Below are positions 41,866 to 51,174 of a DNA stretch of 64,000 nt, piece after piece. The DNA is taken from the NCBI GenBank assembly GCA_016839555.1, contig JAEOUA010000003.1, positions 256,001 to 320,000 on the forward strand, written 5' to 3'. The notes under the pieces were generated by a model. It saw only the letters and a list, made by a program, of their open reading frames with translations, did no database searches and had not been told where the DNA came from. The position numbers and the translations under genes are program-made. The DNA is from Promethearchaeota archaeon (GTDB lineage Archaea > Asgardarchaeota > Lokiarchaeia > Sigyniarchaeales > SOKP01). How positions within the stretch are numbered: position 1 is the stretch's first letter; each line of letters starts with the position of its first letter.

Positions 41866-42792
41866 TTAAGCTCGTTTTATAACTACTCCTGGCTTTTTCT
41901 TATTCTGTTTTCTATGTTTAATTACGATCTGACCATTCACAAGTACATAAGATATTCCTTCGGGAATTTGATAAGGTTTTTCATAGGTTGCTTTATCGAT
42001 GATTGTATCAGGATTAAATATCACGATATCTGCCCAGTAATTCTCTAAAAGAAGCCCTCTATCTTGCAATCCCAATCTCTGAGCGGGAAAGGAAGTCATT
42101 TTACGAATAGCTTGTTCTAAAGTTAAGAGTTTTTCCTCCCTTACATATTTACCCAGAATTCTCGGATAAGTACCAAAACATCGAGGGTGAAACGCACCAC
42201 TACTGAATGAAACAGGAATGCCAAATGCCCCCGCTTCCATGGCCTCCCTAAGATAGCTTTTCATGCGCTCCATTTCATCCTGTGTAGCATCTCTGTTTGC
42301 TCTTCCTTGACCGCCAGCAAATCTTAGATTTTCATAACCCACTAAGAAAGCAAGATTAGCAGAAGGTCGCTTTTTCTGTAAATATTCTAAATATTCCGTA
42401 AAAGTATGATAAGGATAGTCAAATTGTCCAAGAATTGCGTCAGCTGAGGCCATAATTTTTTTAAATTCTTCTTCTTTACCTTCAGGGATTGGTGCCATAC
42501 CGAGTCCGCACATTCCTACCACATTAGTTGTGATTCCTTGATGAAGAGTAGATTCTAGATTTCTGCTAATTAGCAATATATAATCCGAATGAGAATGAAT
42601 ATCAATAAATCCAGGAGAGACAATCTCATTAGAAGCATCAATTATTTCTCTTGCTGTTCCAACTATTTTTGTCCCGATTTTTACAATTTTTCCCTCATTA
42701 ATTCCTATCTCTCCATAATACCATGGATTTCCTGCTCCATTTATAATCTTACCATTTTTGATTATAAAATCATAATCCATATTTTTTCCCAT
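41866..42792 (-). pseudogene. N-acyl-D-amino acid deacylase with a large in-frame internal deletion
   Basis: PGFIDIHSH and G-x-CG at the N-terminus, HPR..GTYPR and ADIVIF at the C-terminus. AMEAGAFG is joined directly to IPVSFSSGAFHPR; 308 aa versus roughly 500+ for intact family members. Confidence 0.75.
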
Positions 42793-42934
42793 TTATTATT
42801 TACACTTTAAAATTAAAATTAACTACTTTAATATACCTAATGATAATAATAAATGAAGTAGAATTAGCTTAAAAATTATATAAAAAATATTAATAATCCT
42901 AATCCCATTTTATAATTCAAAAATTTAATATTTA

Positions 42935-43330
42935 TTGTCAAAAGTAAATACTTTATCAGAAAAGGAGTATAGAAAAATGGAACCTATAGGAATAGTATTT
43001 TTATTTAATATGAAAGAAGGGACACCTCAAGATGTGTCAAAAAAGTTTAGTGATTATTTTTCAAGTGTAACCGAAAATCTTGTACGGCAAGGGCTTCTTG
43101 AATTAGTAAAGTTAAAAGAGATTATGGATGAAAATAAAATCTTTTGGGGAGGAATCAAGAAAGATTTTGAGAAGGTTCTTCAAAATAATGAAATGATTGG
43201 AGATTTGGCATGGCAAGTATTTAAAAATCACACAAACATCGAACCATCGGAGGATGTAAAATGCTTGATATATGATGGTGAAAAAGCACCATGGAATTTT
43301 ACATTAATGGTATGTGTTTTATATAAATAG
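42935..43330 (+). CDS. Hypothetical protein
   Basis: 131 aa ORF with host-like codon use; no motif recognised. Confidence 0.7.
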   Translation: MSKVNTLSEKEYRKMEPIGIVFLFNMKEGTPQDVSKKFSDYFSSVTENLVRQGLLELVKLKEIMDENKIFWGGIKKDFEKVLQNNEMIGDLAWQVFKNHTNIEPSEDVKCLIYDGEKAPWNFTLMVCVLYK

Positions 43331-43404
43331 GTATATTTTTAGAGAAAAAAAATTTTTTAATTAATAATTCTTTAAAATTTTTTTCTAAGTAATTAAGTAG
43401 GAAA

Positions 43405-45144
43405 TTAAATATCATAACTACCAGAATCTCGCATTATTTCAAACATTTCCTTCTCATCTTCTTCTGCTTCTTCGGGAATAGCATATATTGTTCCAAATAA
43501 AGACGCATGATATTGTATTCTAGCAGCAAACTCAACTTGTTGTAATACAGTATAAGCATGCTTCATATTGGTACCGCAACAGACATTTCCATGATTGGGA
43601 AGAAACACAGCATAATTATTTCCTAGAGCTTGTACAGCTTTGAGTGCGATATCTTCGGTTCCCGCCATTCCATATTCTGCAACTTCACATCCCCCAATAA
43701 AAGGAATAATTTCATCTACTATAGGTCCTAATCGCATTCTTGCAATAGAAAGGATAGTAGAATATTCTGCATGAGAATGAATGACAGCATTTATATCTTC
43801 TCGAGAGAGCATTATATACACATGTAGGTGTTTTTCAGAAGTAGGATTCCGTTTTCCCGCTAGAATCTTTAGAGTTTTATCTACTAATACTAAATCATCT
43901 TCCTTCATATTTTCATAGCGAACAGTGCTTGGTGTCATAAGGAAGCCATCCTCTCCATTAGGCAACTTCACTCTCATAGAGACATTTCCTGCGGTCCCAA
44001 TAATAAATCCTTTATCCAACATAACGTTGCAAATATCAATTATTTCTTTACACTGTTTTTTATAGCTTGATAATTCTATTGGAATTTCTTTTCCTTTTTC
44101 CGGAATAGGAATTTTTTCGGGAGAATAACCCGGAAGAACTTCTGGATTAACTATATTCGAGGGAATTTCATTATTAAGTATTTTTTTAATACCATCAACC
44201 ATCATTATTCCATTATTATGATCCGTTTCAAAAGTATCTCCTCCTATATGAGGGGTTACAATTACATTATCTAATTCTAAAAATTCATTATCTTTATCAA
44301 TAGGCTCGATATTGAATACATCTAAAGCGGCACCTGCTATTTTCTTTTCTTTTAAAGCATCAAATAGTGCAAATTCATCTGTTATTGATGCACGAGCGAA
44401 ATTTATAAAAAAACTAGTTTTTTTCATTAAATTTATTTGTTTTTCCCCAACCAACCCATCAGTTTCGTCCGTAGGGGGACAATGAATTGTAACAATATCA
44501 GAATTTGCCATTAAAGTATCGAGATCCACTAATTTTCCATTTATATAGTTTAATCTCTCCTTAATTACATAAGGATCATACACCAGGAAATTTACTTCAA
44601 AAGCTTTCAATCTTTTTGCAATTTCAAATCCAATTCTTCCTAAACCGATAATCCCAATAGTCTTACCTTTTAATTCGTGCCCTTGAAACATATTAAAATA
44701 ATCGAGATAATCTGAAAAATCTTCCACTTTAAAGTTATTTGAATGGAGGACGTGTTCAACCCTATGGAGTTTACGTATTAAAGCAAGTATTGCCGTTATT
44801 GTCATTTCAGCAACAGCATTAGTATTTCTACCAACTGCATTAAGAACGGGTATACCTAATTTCGTTGCGGTCTCAATATCAATATTATTTGGATCACCAC
44901 GAGTTGAGCCAATAATTTTTAGGTTTACATTCTCTAAGACATCCTTTTTTACATTATCTCCTTCGCAGATAAAAATATCAACATTTAAATCTTTAATTTT
45001 CCTTACTAAATCTTCTGCATTAAAGTATAATTTCTTAGTTTCTCGCCAACTCTCATAAATAACTTTATCTCCCGTTAGTTCCTTGAGTTTTTTTAATGAT
45101 TCTGGAGAGATTTGAGCGGTTATGTAAGTTTTCATAAATCTCAC
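43405..45144 (-). CDS. Fusion: D-2-hydroxyacid dehydrogenase (YoaD-like) plus class II aldolase
   Basis: N-terminal half: RGDPNNID, GRNTNAVAE, GLGRIG, NFAR, DVF..EP, TPHIGG. C-terminal half: GNVS, TPS, PTSE..LH, HSH, PNHG. Likely start ATG 45135. Confidence 0.9.
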   Translation of the reverse strand: MRFMKTYITAQISPESLKKLKELTGDKVIYESWRETKKLYFNAEDLVRKIKDLNVDIFICEGDNVKKDVLENVNLKIIGSTRGDPNNIDIETATKLGIPVLNAVGRNTNAVAEMTITAILALIRKLHRVEHVLHSNNFKVEDFSDYLDYFNMFQGHELKGKTIGIIGLGRIGFEIAKRLKAFEVNFLVYDPYVIKERLNYINGKLVDLDTLMANSDIVTIHCPPTDETDGLVGEKQINLMKKTSFFINFARASITDEFALFDALKEKKIAGAALDVFNIEPIDKDNEFLELDNVIVTPHIGGDTFETDHNNGIMMVDGIKKILNNEIPSNIVNPEVLPGYSPEKIPIPEKGKEIPIELSSYKKQCKEIIDICNVMLDKGFIIGTAGNVSMRVKLPNGEDGFLMTPSTVRYENMKEDDLVLVDKTLKILAGKRNPTSEKHLHVYIMLSREDINAVIHSHAEYSTILSIARMRLGPIVDEIIPFIGGCEVAEYGMAGTEDIALKAVQALGNNYAVFLPNHGNVCCGTNMKHAYTVLQQVEFAARIQYHASLFGTIYAIPEEAEEDEKEMFEIMRDSGSYDI

Positions 45145-45168
45145 TTATTCTTATTTAAAATTTAGTTA

Positions 45169-46041
45169 TTAAAACATCAATTTTCGTAATTTTAATAAAT
45201 TCCTCATTTTTCCAGAAACTTCCAACTCTCCACTTGAATAAGCTTTTATCGGATTGATCTGCTTTGTCATCATCTTAATAAAGATGTTTGAACTCAGTTT
45301 TACTTGAACTGCAGCTTCTTCATCATATCCTTCCATTAAAGTTATTCCATGATCATTATCGATTTTGTACAAATATGATTGATTAATATCTGGAAAGCTC
45401 ATCATTAAGGTTTCGTTCCATTTTTGAAATGATTTCGCAACTTTAGGATCATTATATCTATCCACAATCTTTTGAAGAGCTTCTTCAAGTGTTATTTCAA
45501 TCCCCTCCTCTGTAGCGATATCACTTTTTTCAGGACTTGGTTTAGACGTTACAGCCGCAGGCTCTCTGCTGATTGCTTTTTCAGCTTGTTGAATTGGGGG
45601 GGATACTTTTGCTGCAGCTCGAACTGATTTCGATACAGGAGCTTCCTCTCTTTCAATCATGGGAGGACGAATAACAGTTAATCCGCCGCCAATCCCTGAA
45701 GATCTTTTGATACCACTTTCAGAAATTTTCTCTTCCGTTTGTATAACCACTTCTCCAGAGAGTATAGCTTCAATTACCTTTTTAGTTTTTTTTAATAAAC
45801 TAATTGATTGAATCGCGGCCAAAAAAATTAAGATTAATCCAAGAATTATAATTATTATTGCTAATCCGTTAAATAATCGGAGATTTATCCTTAGCTCGTA
45901 AGATATTTCTAAAAGATTGACACTAAATAACAATCCAATAAAAATCAATGCTATTCCAGTAAAAAATAAGGATATTAATGCAACTATCATGTGAACATTT
46001 AATGATTGTAGAATATTTTTTCTATTAGTAGACGAATTCAT
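45169..46041 (-). CDS. Membrane-anchored SCP2 sterol/lipid-binding domain protein (2 TM, low-complexity linker, SCP2)
   Basis: Two N-terminal TM helices, Pro/Ala/Ser/Glu linker, C-terminal INPIKAYSSGELEVSG SCP2 motif. Confidence 0.82.
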   Translation of the reverse strand: MNSSTNRKNILQSLNVHMIVALISLFFTGIALIFIGLLFSVNLLEISYELRINLRLFNGLAIIIIILGLILIFLAAIQSISLLKKTKKVIEAILSGEVVIQTEEKISESGIKRSSGIGGGLTVIRPPMIEREEAPVSKSVRAAAKVSPPIQQAEKAISREPAAVTSKPSPEKSDIATEEGIEITLEEALQKIVDRYNDPKVAKSFQKWNETLMMSFPDINQSYLYKIDNDHGITLMEGYDEEAAVQVKLSSNIFIKMMTKQINPIKAYSSGELEVSGKMRNLLKLRKLMF

Positions 46042-46123
46042 AATTTATTTAATAATTTTGTATTGTTATAATTTATTATAAGAATTTATATTGATATAGT
46101 TTATTTTAATATTTTATATTGAT

Positions 46124-47692
46124 ATGACTGACTATAGATTGGTTTATGATACGGGCAGTAAATTAGTAAAATGCGTTATAGCAGATGATCTAGGGCATAT
46201 AATGGCCTTGGAATCGTGGAAACCAGAGGTGATTGAAAGCCCGGATGGTTTTCAACGAGAATGGAATTATAGAACATATTGGGATAATTTAATTGAATTA
46301 ACTAAAAATACAATTACAATAGCTAAAATTAATCCAAAAGATATTAAATATATTACTTCTTCCTCTATTCGTCCGAGTTGTGTATTTACGGATGAGAATA
46401 ATGATACTCTTTATATTGGGGCGAGTTTCGAGCTTCGAGGAATTGATTATGCAGATGAAGTAGAAGAAGATTTTTATAATCGGGCAGGAAAAACAATTTA
46501 TGAGAGTTCTGGACATTTTCCATCGCTATTATTACCACCCACTCGATATAAATATTTTCAAGAAGAAATAAAAACGGATGATAGAATAAAACAAATAACC
46601 CAATATGTTCCGCAAGATAGTTGGATTCTTATAAAGTTGGGGGGAGAGGTTCATGCAAATATTGTTAGTGCGGGAGAATCAGGTTTTCTAGATTTGGAAA
46701 CTAAATTATGGCATCCCGCTTGGAAAGATATATTTAATTTACCAGAATATTTTTTTCCATGGCCAGTTCTTCCTGGAGAAATAATTGGCACCGTTTCTGA
46801 GCAATATCAAGAAAAATTAGGCTTAAATTCTGAAGCTAAGCTCATAGCGGGCCTTCCGGATACTCAGGCAGCATTATTAGGAAGCGGATGTATAGAAAAA
46901 GGATCAATTGGGGCTGTATTAGGTACAACAACTCCAGTCCAAATGGTTACTGATAATTTAATTATTAGCTCTGAGGAAACAACTTGGTCCGGGTTAATGA
47001 CAGCAAAAAACCTATTTGATAAATATTATATTGAAGCTAGTACAGGGTTAACTGGTCAATTGTTAATATGGGCTGCAAAACTATTTTTTTCAGATAATAA
47101 TCTTAGCTTAAAGCAGAAATTCAAAGAATTAGATAATGCATATCAACGGTACGATCAATTTGAAGCACAAGCAACTCAAGAACAAATAAGAGAGACTTCG
47201 GTCTATGCATTTTTAGGGCCTTCACCATTGGCAAGTACTCAGATGGGCATAACTCCAGGGCTCTTTCATTTTCAAAGTCCTGGAGGAGTTGAAGAAATCA
47301 CAAGCAATAAAGAATCCTTTATCGCAGCTGTTTTCGATAATATTCAGTTTGCAATTATGGGAAATATAGAATTTTTAAAAAATAAAATGAATTCTATAGA
47401 TCATTCAATTTCAATTATGGGTGGAATTACCCGTAATCCCGTATTATTGCAGCGATTTTCAGATTTATTAGGAACTTCAATAAGCACATCCAGAAGTTTT
47501 GAGACAACGATAGAAGGTATGCTCGTATTATGCGATATTGCTGCTGGAAATATTCAATCCCTTGGAGATTTTAAAAAAAGAGTTCAAAATCAGCAAGAAT
47601 TAGATAAGATTCACCCAAGAAATGGAATGAAGCAAAAATTATCTGTCAGATATACTGAATGGCAAAGATTATTTAAACAGTATAGAGAATAA
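46124..47692 (+). CDS. FGGY family carbohydrate kinase (YoaC/LsrK-like)
   Basis: YDTGS, TSSSIR, GEIIG, PDTQAALLG, LGTTTP, MGG motifs. Confidence 0.85.
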   Translation: MTDYRLVYDTGSKLVKCVIADDLGHIMALESWKPEVIESPDGFQREWNYRTYWDNLIELTKNTITIAKINPKDIKYITSSSIRPSCVFTDENNDTLYIGASFELRGIDYADEVEEDFYNRAGKTIYESSGHFPSLLLPPTRYKYFQEEIKTDDRIKQITQYVPQDSWILIKLGGEVHANIVSAGESGFLDLETKLWHPAWKDIFNLPEYFFPWPVLPGEIIGTVSEQYQEKLGLNSEAKLIAGLPDTQAALLGSGCIEKGSIGAVLGTTTPVQMVTDNLIISSEETTWSGLMTAKNLFDKYYIEASTGLTGQLLIWAAKLFFSDNNLSLKQKFKELDNAYQRYDQFEAQATQEQIRETSVYAFLGPSPLASTQMGITPGLFHFQSPGGVEEITSNKESFIAAVFDNIQFAIMGNIEFLKNKMNSIDHSISIMGGITRNPVLLQRFSDLLGTSISTSRSFETTIEGMLVLCDIAAGNIQSLGDFKKRVQNQQELDKIHPRNGMKQKLSVRYTEWQRLFKQYRE

Positions 47693-47815
47693 TTTTATTC
47701 TTAATCAAACTCAAAAATTTAAAGTATCTATTTAGGTTTATTTTTTCTCTAAAAAAGATTACCTCTTTTTTTAAAAGCTTCAAAGAGAAATAAGTTATTA
47801 AAGTGAAAATATTGA

Positions 47816-48166
47816 TTAAAACATCAATTTCCTTAATTTCATTAAATTTTTAATGCTTCCCTCCACGATCTTTATCAGACCACTTGAATATGCTTTAATA
47901 CCTCCTATCGAACCATTAAACATATCCATTAGTACTTGTTCCTTTGTAAAATCAATTTTCACAGGAGCATTTTCATCCCCAGTATTATCTTTCACTTCAA
48001 TTCCTTGATCTCCATTAATGAGAAGGAGGGCTTTTCTATCTGTATCTAAAAATCTCATTTGGATGGGATCATGGAATGAACTTAATTTATCCCTTGCTTT
48101 TTCATTTTCATTATAGCGGCGCTCTATTTCTTTTAAACACTCTTCTACATTCTTAAAATCTGCCAT
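47816..48166 (-). CDS. Soluble SCP2 sterol/lipid-binding domain protein
   Basis: GGIKAYSSGLIKIVEG..KNLMKLRKLMF; paralogous to the C-terminus of 45169..46041. Confidence 0.8.
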   Translation of the reverse strand: MADFKNVEECLKEIERRYNENEKARDKLSSFHDPIQMRFLDTDRKALLLINGDQGIEVKDNTGDENAPVKIDFTKEQVLMDMFNGSIGGIKAYSSGLIKIVEGSIKNLMKLRKLMF

Positions 48167-48293
48167 TTTTATATTATGCCTCTATTTTTAATAAAATTGA
48201 GTTAAACCTCATATAAATAATTATTGAATAATGAAATAATAGTATATTTTTTAAATTAAACAATCTGGAATAATTATCATTAAGATTATGATA

Positions 48294-48932
48294 TTATTCA
48301 CTTCTTTCAAGGTATTTTCTAACAACCTCGCCTCTGGGTTCTGTTTCCTCGAAAAGTATAGCTGAAAATTTATAAATTTTGGTATCATCGTCTTTCCATG
48401 CATCTGTTGAAAGCCAAGCTTTTCTACAAGTTTGTTCTAGAAATGTTTTTGCATCCCAGTTCCTTCCGTGTTCCACTGGTACTTGTGGTAAAAGGAGACC
48501 TCTTCTCATCCCTCTTTCAACGATAAGTCCATCCCTTCCAATTTCTATATGATCAAAATATTCTTGAGGATAATCAACTTCAATAAGCTTTGGAGGGGTT
48601 AAGATTGAAATTTCTATTACAATATTATCCATTTCCTCAAGTGATACTGATGGAAATCGGGGGTCTTCGCATGCTGCACTCACAGATACTCGTTTTACAA
48701 CTTCACATAGTTTATATTTAGGTTCTATATAGCCAATACATCCTCTTAAAGGGTTTCCACTCACATTAGTTTTATTAAGCGTTACAAAAGCACCGCATTT
48801 ATCCCCAAAAAGTTCTTCAAATTCCTCTGGATAAGAGAGTCTTTTTCCCGTTTTTAAATAATTCTCAATATTTTCTCTGATATATATTATTAAATCCTTC
48901 GCATGCTCTAAAGTTATATCTATCTCAGACAT
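48294..48932 (-). CDS. AMMECR1 domain protein (TIGR00296)
   Basis: GAFVTL, LRGCIG, DPRF, EISIL, GLLLPQV. Confidence 0.94.
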   Translation of the reverse strand: MSEIDITLEHAKDLIIYIRENIENYLKTGKRLSYPEEFEELFGDKCGAFVTLNKTNVSGNPLRGCIGYIEPKYKLCEVVKRVSVSAACEDPRFPSVSLEEMDNIVIEISILTPPKLIEVDYPQEYFDHIEIGRDGLIVERGMRRGLLLPQVPVEHGRNWDAKTFLEQTCRKAWLSTDAWKDDDTKIYKFSAILFEETEPRGEVVRKYLERSE

Positions 48933-49006
48933 AGATCTAGTTAAATTTATAATTTTTATTTAATATTTATTTTTTCATTAATTTATAATTATTCTCGAGA
49001 AACTTA

Positions 49007-50401
49007 TTATAAATGCTGGGTTATTATTCTTCCAGTTGGGTTAACATTTTCTAAATTTATCTCAATTCCTCTAAGTAATACTTTCCAGATTTGAATGTTT
49101 GTTTTAAATCCTTCATATGGGGAGATTTTAGATTTTGTATGGAAAGTTTCAGGATTAATTTTATATTCAGAAGATTTATCTACAATTAACATGTCCGCAT
49201 AATAACCCTCCTTGATAAATCCCTTTTTTTCTAGCTTAAATAATTTAGCAGGATTTTCTGATGCTACTTTTACAAAATTAGCCAAAGAGAGTTCATATTT
49301 GGCAATTTTATTTAATAATAATAAGGGATAGGTTTCTAATCCTGGAAAACCAGAAGGAGCTTCAAAAAAATCTACAGATTTTTCTTGGATTGTATGTGGT
49401 GCATGATCTGATCCTATTACTAATAGGTTTCCATCACATAGTTCTTTAAATAAAAATTGCGAATGCTTTTTATTCCTCAAGGGGGGCATTACTTTTCCAA
49501 TTGATGGGTTTGATAAAATTAATTCATTAGATAATAGGAGGTGATGAGGAGTCACTTCATAGCTTATTTTATAGTTAGAATTGGCGGCTAAGACCTTTTT
49601 TATAAGAGAATAACTTTCTTTACAACTAATATGGCAAAAATGAATAAGAGGATAATCCTTAGGTGCTAATTTATTAGAAATTATAAATTCTTTATAATTC
49701 TTTAGTGCGTATTTTACAAACTGAGTTTCGGATTTACACGGATATAGTTTATTATGTAATTTCAACAAATTTGAATGCCGAAAAACATAATCTTCAAATA
49801 GATTTCTGGTTTCTTTTTCATCAATTGGCCACTGGGGATGGATGAAAATTCTTATTTGATGTATTGAAGAGACGTTAAGTAATATTTGAAAATTTATTTT
49901 TTGAGTCCAATCGAGATTAGTAATAGGACTATGGGGATAAATTTTGAATCCCATAACTCCTAAATCTAAAATCTTCTTAATTTCATCTTGATTTATTTGT
50001 TCTGGGACGCCAGAGATAAATCCCACATCTATAAAAATATTTTCTTTTGCCTTATTCATCCATTTCTTTATGTTTGTTGAATTATTTGCTGGAGGAATTG
50101 TGTTTGGCATATTAAAAACAGTAGTGATTCCTGAAAATGCTGCTGCTTTTGTTGCAGTTCGAAAGGTTTCTTTTTGATTTTGTCCCATATCTCTCAAATG
50201 AGTATGGCAATCAATGATTCCCGGTAAAATAATCTTATTTTTACAATCAATAACATTATTATCTTCATTTAAATCTAATAGTTCTTTATAATCTTGATTT
50301 AAAGGATTTAATCTAATATTTTTAATTATGCTTTGCTTAATTAACATAATTCCTTTCACTAATTCACCTTTTTGATAAATCTTTGCATTCTTTAAAATCA
50401 T
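49007..50401 (-). CDS. pyrC: Dihydroorotase
   Basis: PGIIDCHTHLRD, MPNT, CHIS, EVTPHHL, PPLR, SDHAPH, GFPGLE. Confidence 0.85.
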   Translation of the reverse strand: MILKNAKIYQKGELVKGIMLIKQSIIKNIRLNPLNQDYKELLDLNEDNNVIDCKNKIILPGIIDCHTHLRDMGQNQKETFRTATKAAAFSGITTVFNMPNTIPPANNSTNIKKWMNKAKENIFIDVGFISGVPEQINQDEIKKILDLGVMGFKIYPHSPITNLDWTQKINFQILLNVSSIHQIRIFIHPQWPIDEKETRNLFEDYVFRHSNLLKLHNKLYPCKSETQFVKYALKNYKEFIISNKLAPKDYPLIHFCHISCKESYSLIKKVLAANSNYKISYEVTPHHLLLSNELILSNPSIGKVMPPLRNKKHSQFLFKELCDGNLLVIGSDHAPHTIQEKSVDFFEAPSGFPGLETYPLLLLNKIAKYELSLANFVKVASENPAKLFKLEKKGFIKEGYYADMLIVDKSSEYKINPETFHTKSKISPYEGFKTNIQIWKVLLRGIEINLENVNPTGRIITQHL

Positions 50402-50431
50402 ATCATTAATCTACCATATTATCTAATAAAT

Positions 50432-51070
50432 TTATATTTCTAAATTATCTAAACAATTATTAATATAAATAATCTTATCTTGCACTTTTTTAATTTTAAT
50501 TAAATATATTATTTTCAAATTTAATGCTTTTTTTTTGGCAAGAAATTGAAATAAGGTGGAATATTCTTTTGAAAAATTAAATAAAGGAAATATGAATTGG
50601 GTTTTTTTATCAAAATTCTTAATATCCTTTTTAAGAGATAAATTAATGTTATGAACTGAGTTATCATTTTGGAAGGCTATAAAAAAGGTATTATTATAAT
50701 CTAATGAAATGAATTCTTTGAAAATTAAAAATTCATCCATATACTGTTTTATATATATTCCTGGAGTAGAATTTGTCCAATTATTAAGGGAAAGATTCTC
50801 TTGTAGCTTAAACAGCGCTTTATTTAATAAGATAGCTTGTGAACGCTCATCAGGGCCTAAATATCTTAACTCTTGTCCAATAAATTTTATGGCAATTTTA
50901 TCATCAATAAAATAAATGTATAAATCATTATTTTTTCTAATAGAATAAGAAAGGCAAAAAGTTTCCCTAATACAGCAACACAGTTTATAGATTTGAGGAG
51001 GAACTAATCCATTGTCAATATCTTTTTTAGTATAATTTGTAATCGCCTTACTCAACAATAAAAATTTCAT
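50432..51070 (-). CDS. TrmY-like tRNA pseudouridine(54)-N1 methyltransferase homolog, degenerate
   Basis: LSYSIR, LRYLGPDERS, STPGI motifs; directly downstream of srp54. Confidence 0.65.
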   Translation of the reverse strand: MKFLLLSKAITNYTKKDIDNGLVPPQIYKLCCCIRETFCLSYSIRKNNDLYIYFIDDKIAIKFIGQELRYLGPDERSQAILLNKALFKLQENLSLNNWTNSTPGIYIKQYMDEFLIFKEFISLDYNNTFFIAFQNDNSVHNINLSLKKDIKNFDKKTQFIFPLFNFSKEYSTLFQFLAKKKALNLKIIYLIKIKKVQDKIIYINNCLDNLEI

Positions 51071-51174
51071 AAAAATTTTCTGTTTAAATTAAAATTAAAA
51101 TTTAAAAATAATTTAATGCTTTTAAGAAGAGATTTATCAAATGCAAAAATTTTTGTTGAAAAAAGAGAGATGAT

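Noticed and set aside
48294-48932. Complete AmmeMemoRadiSam system
   Set aside because: No Memo or radical SAM partner in the window.
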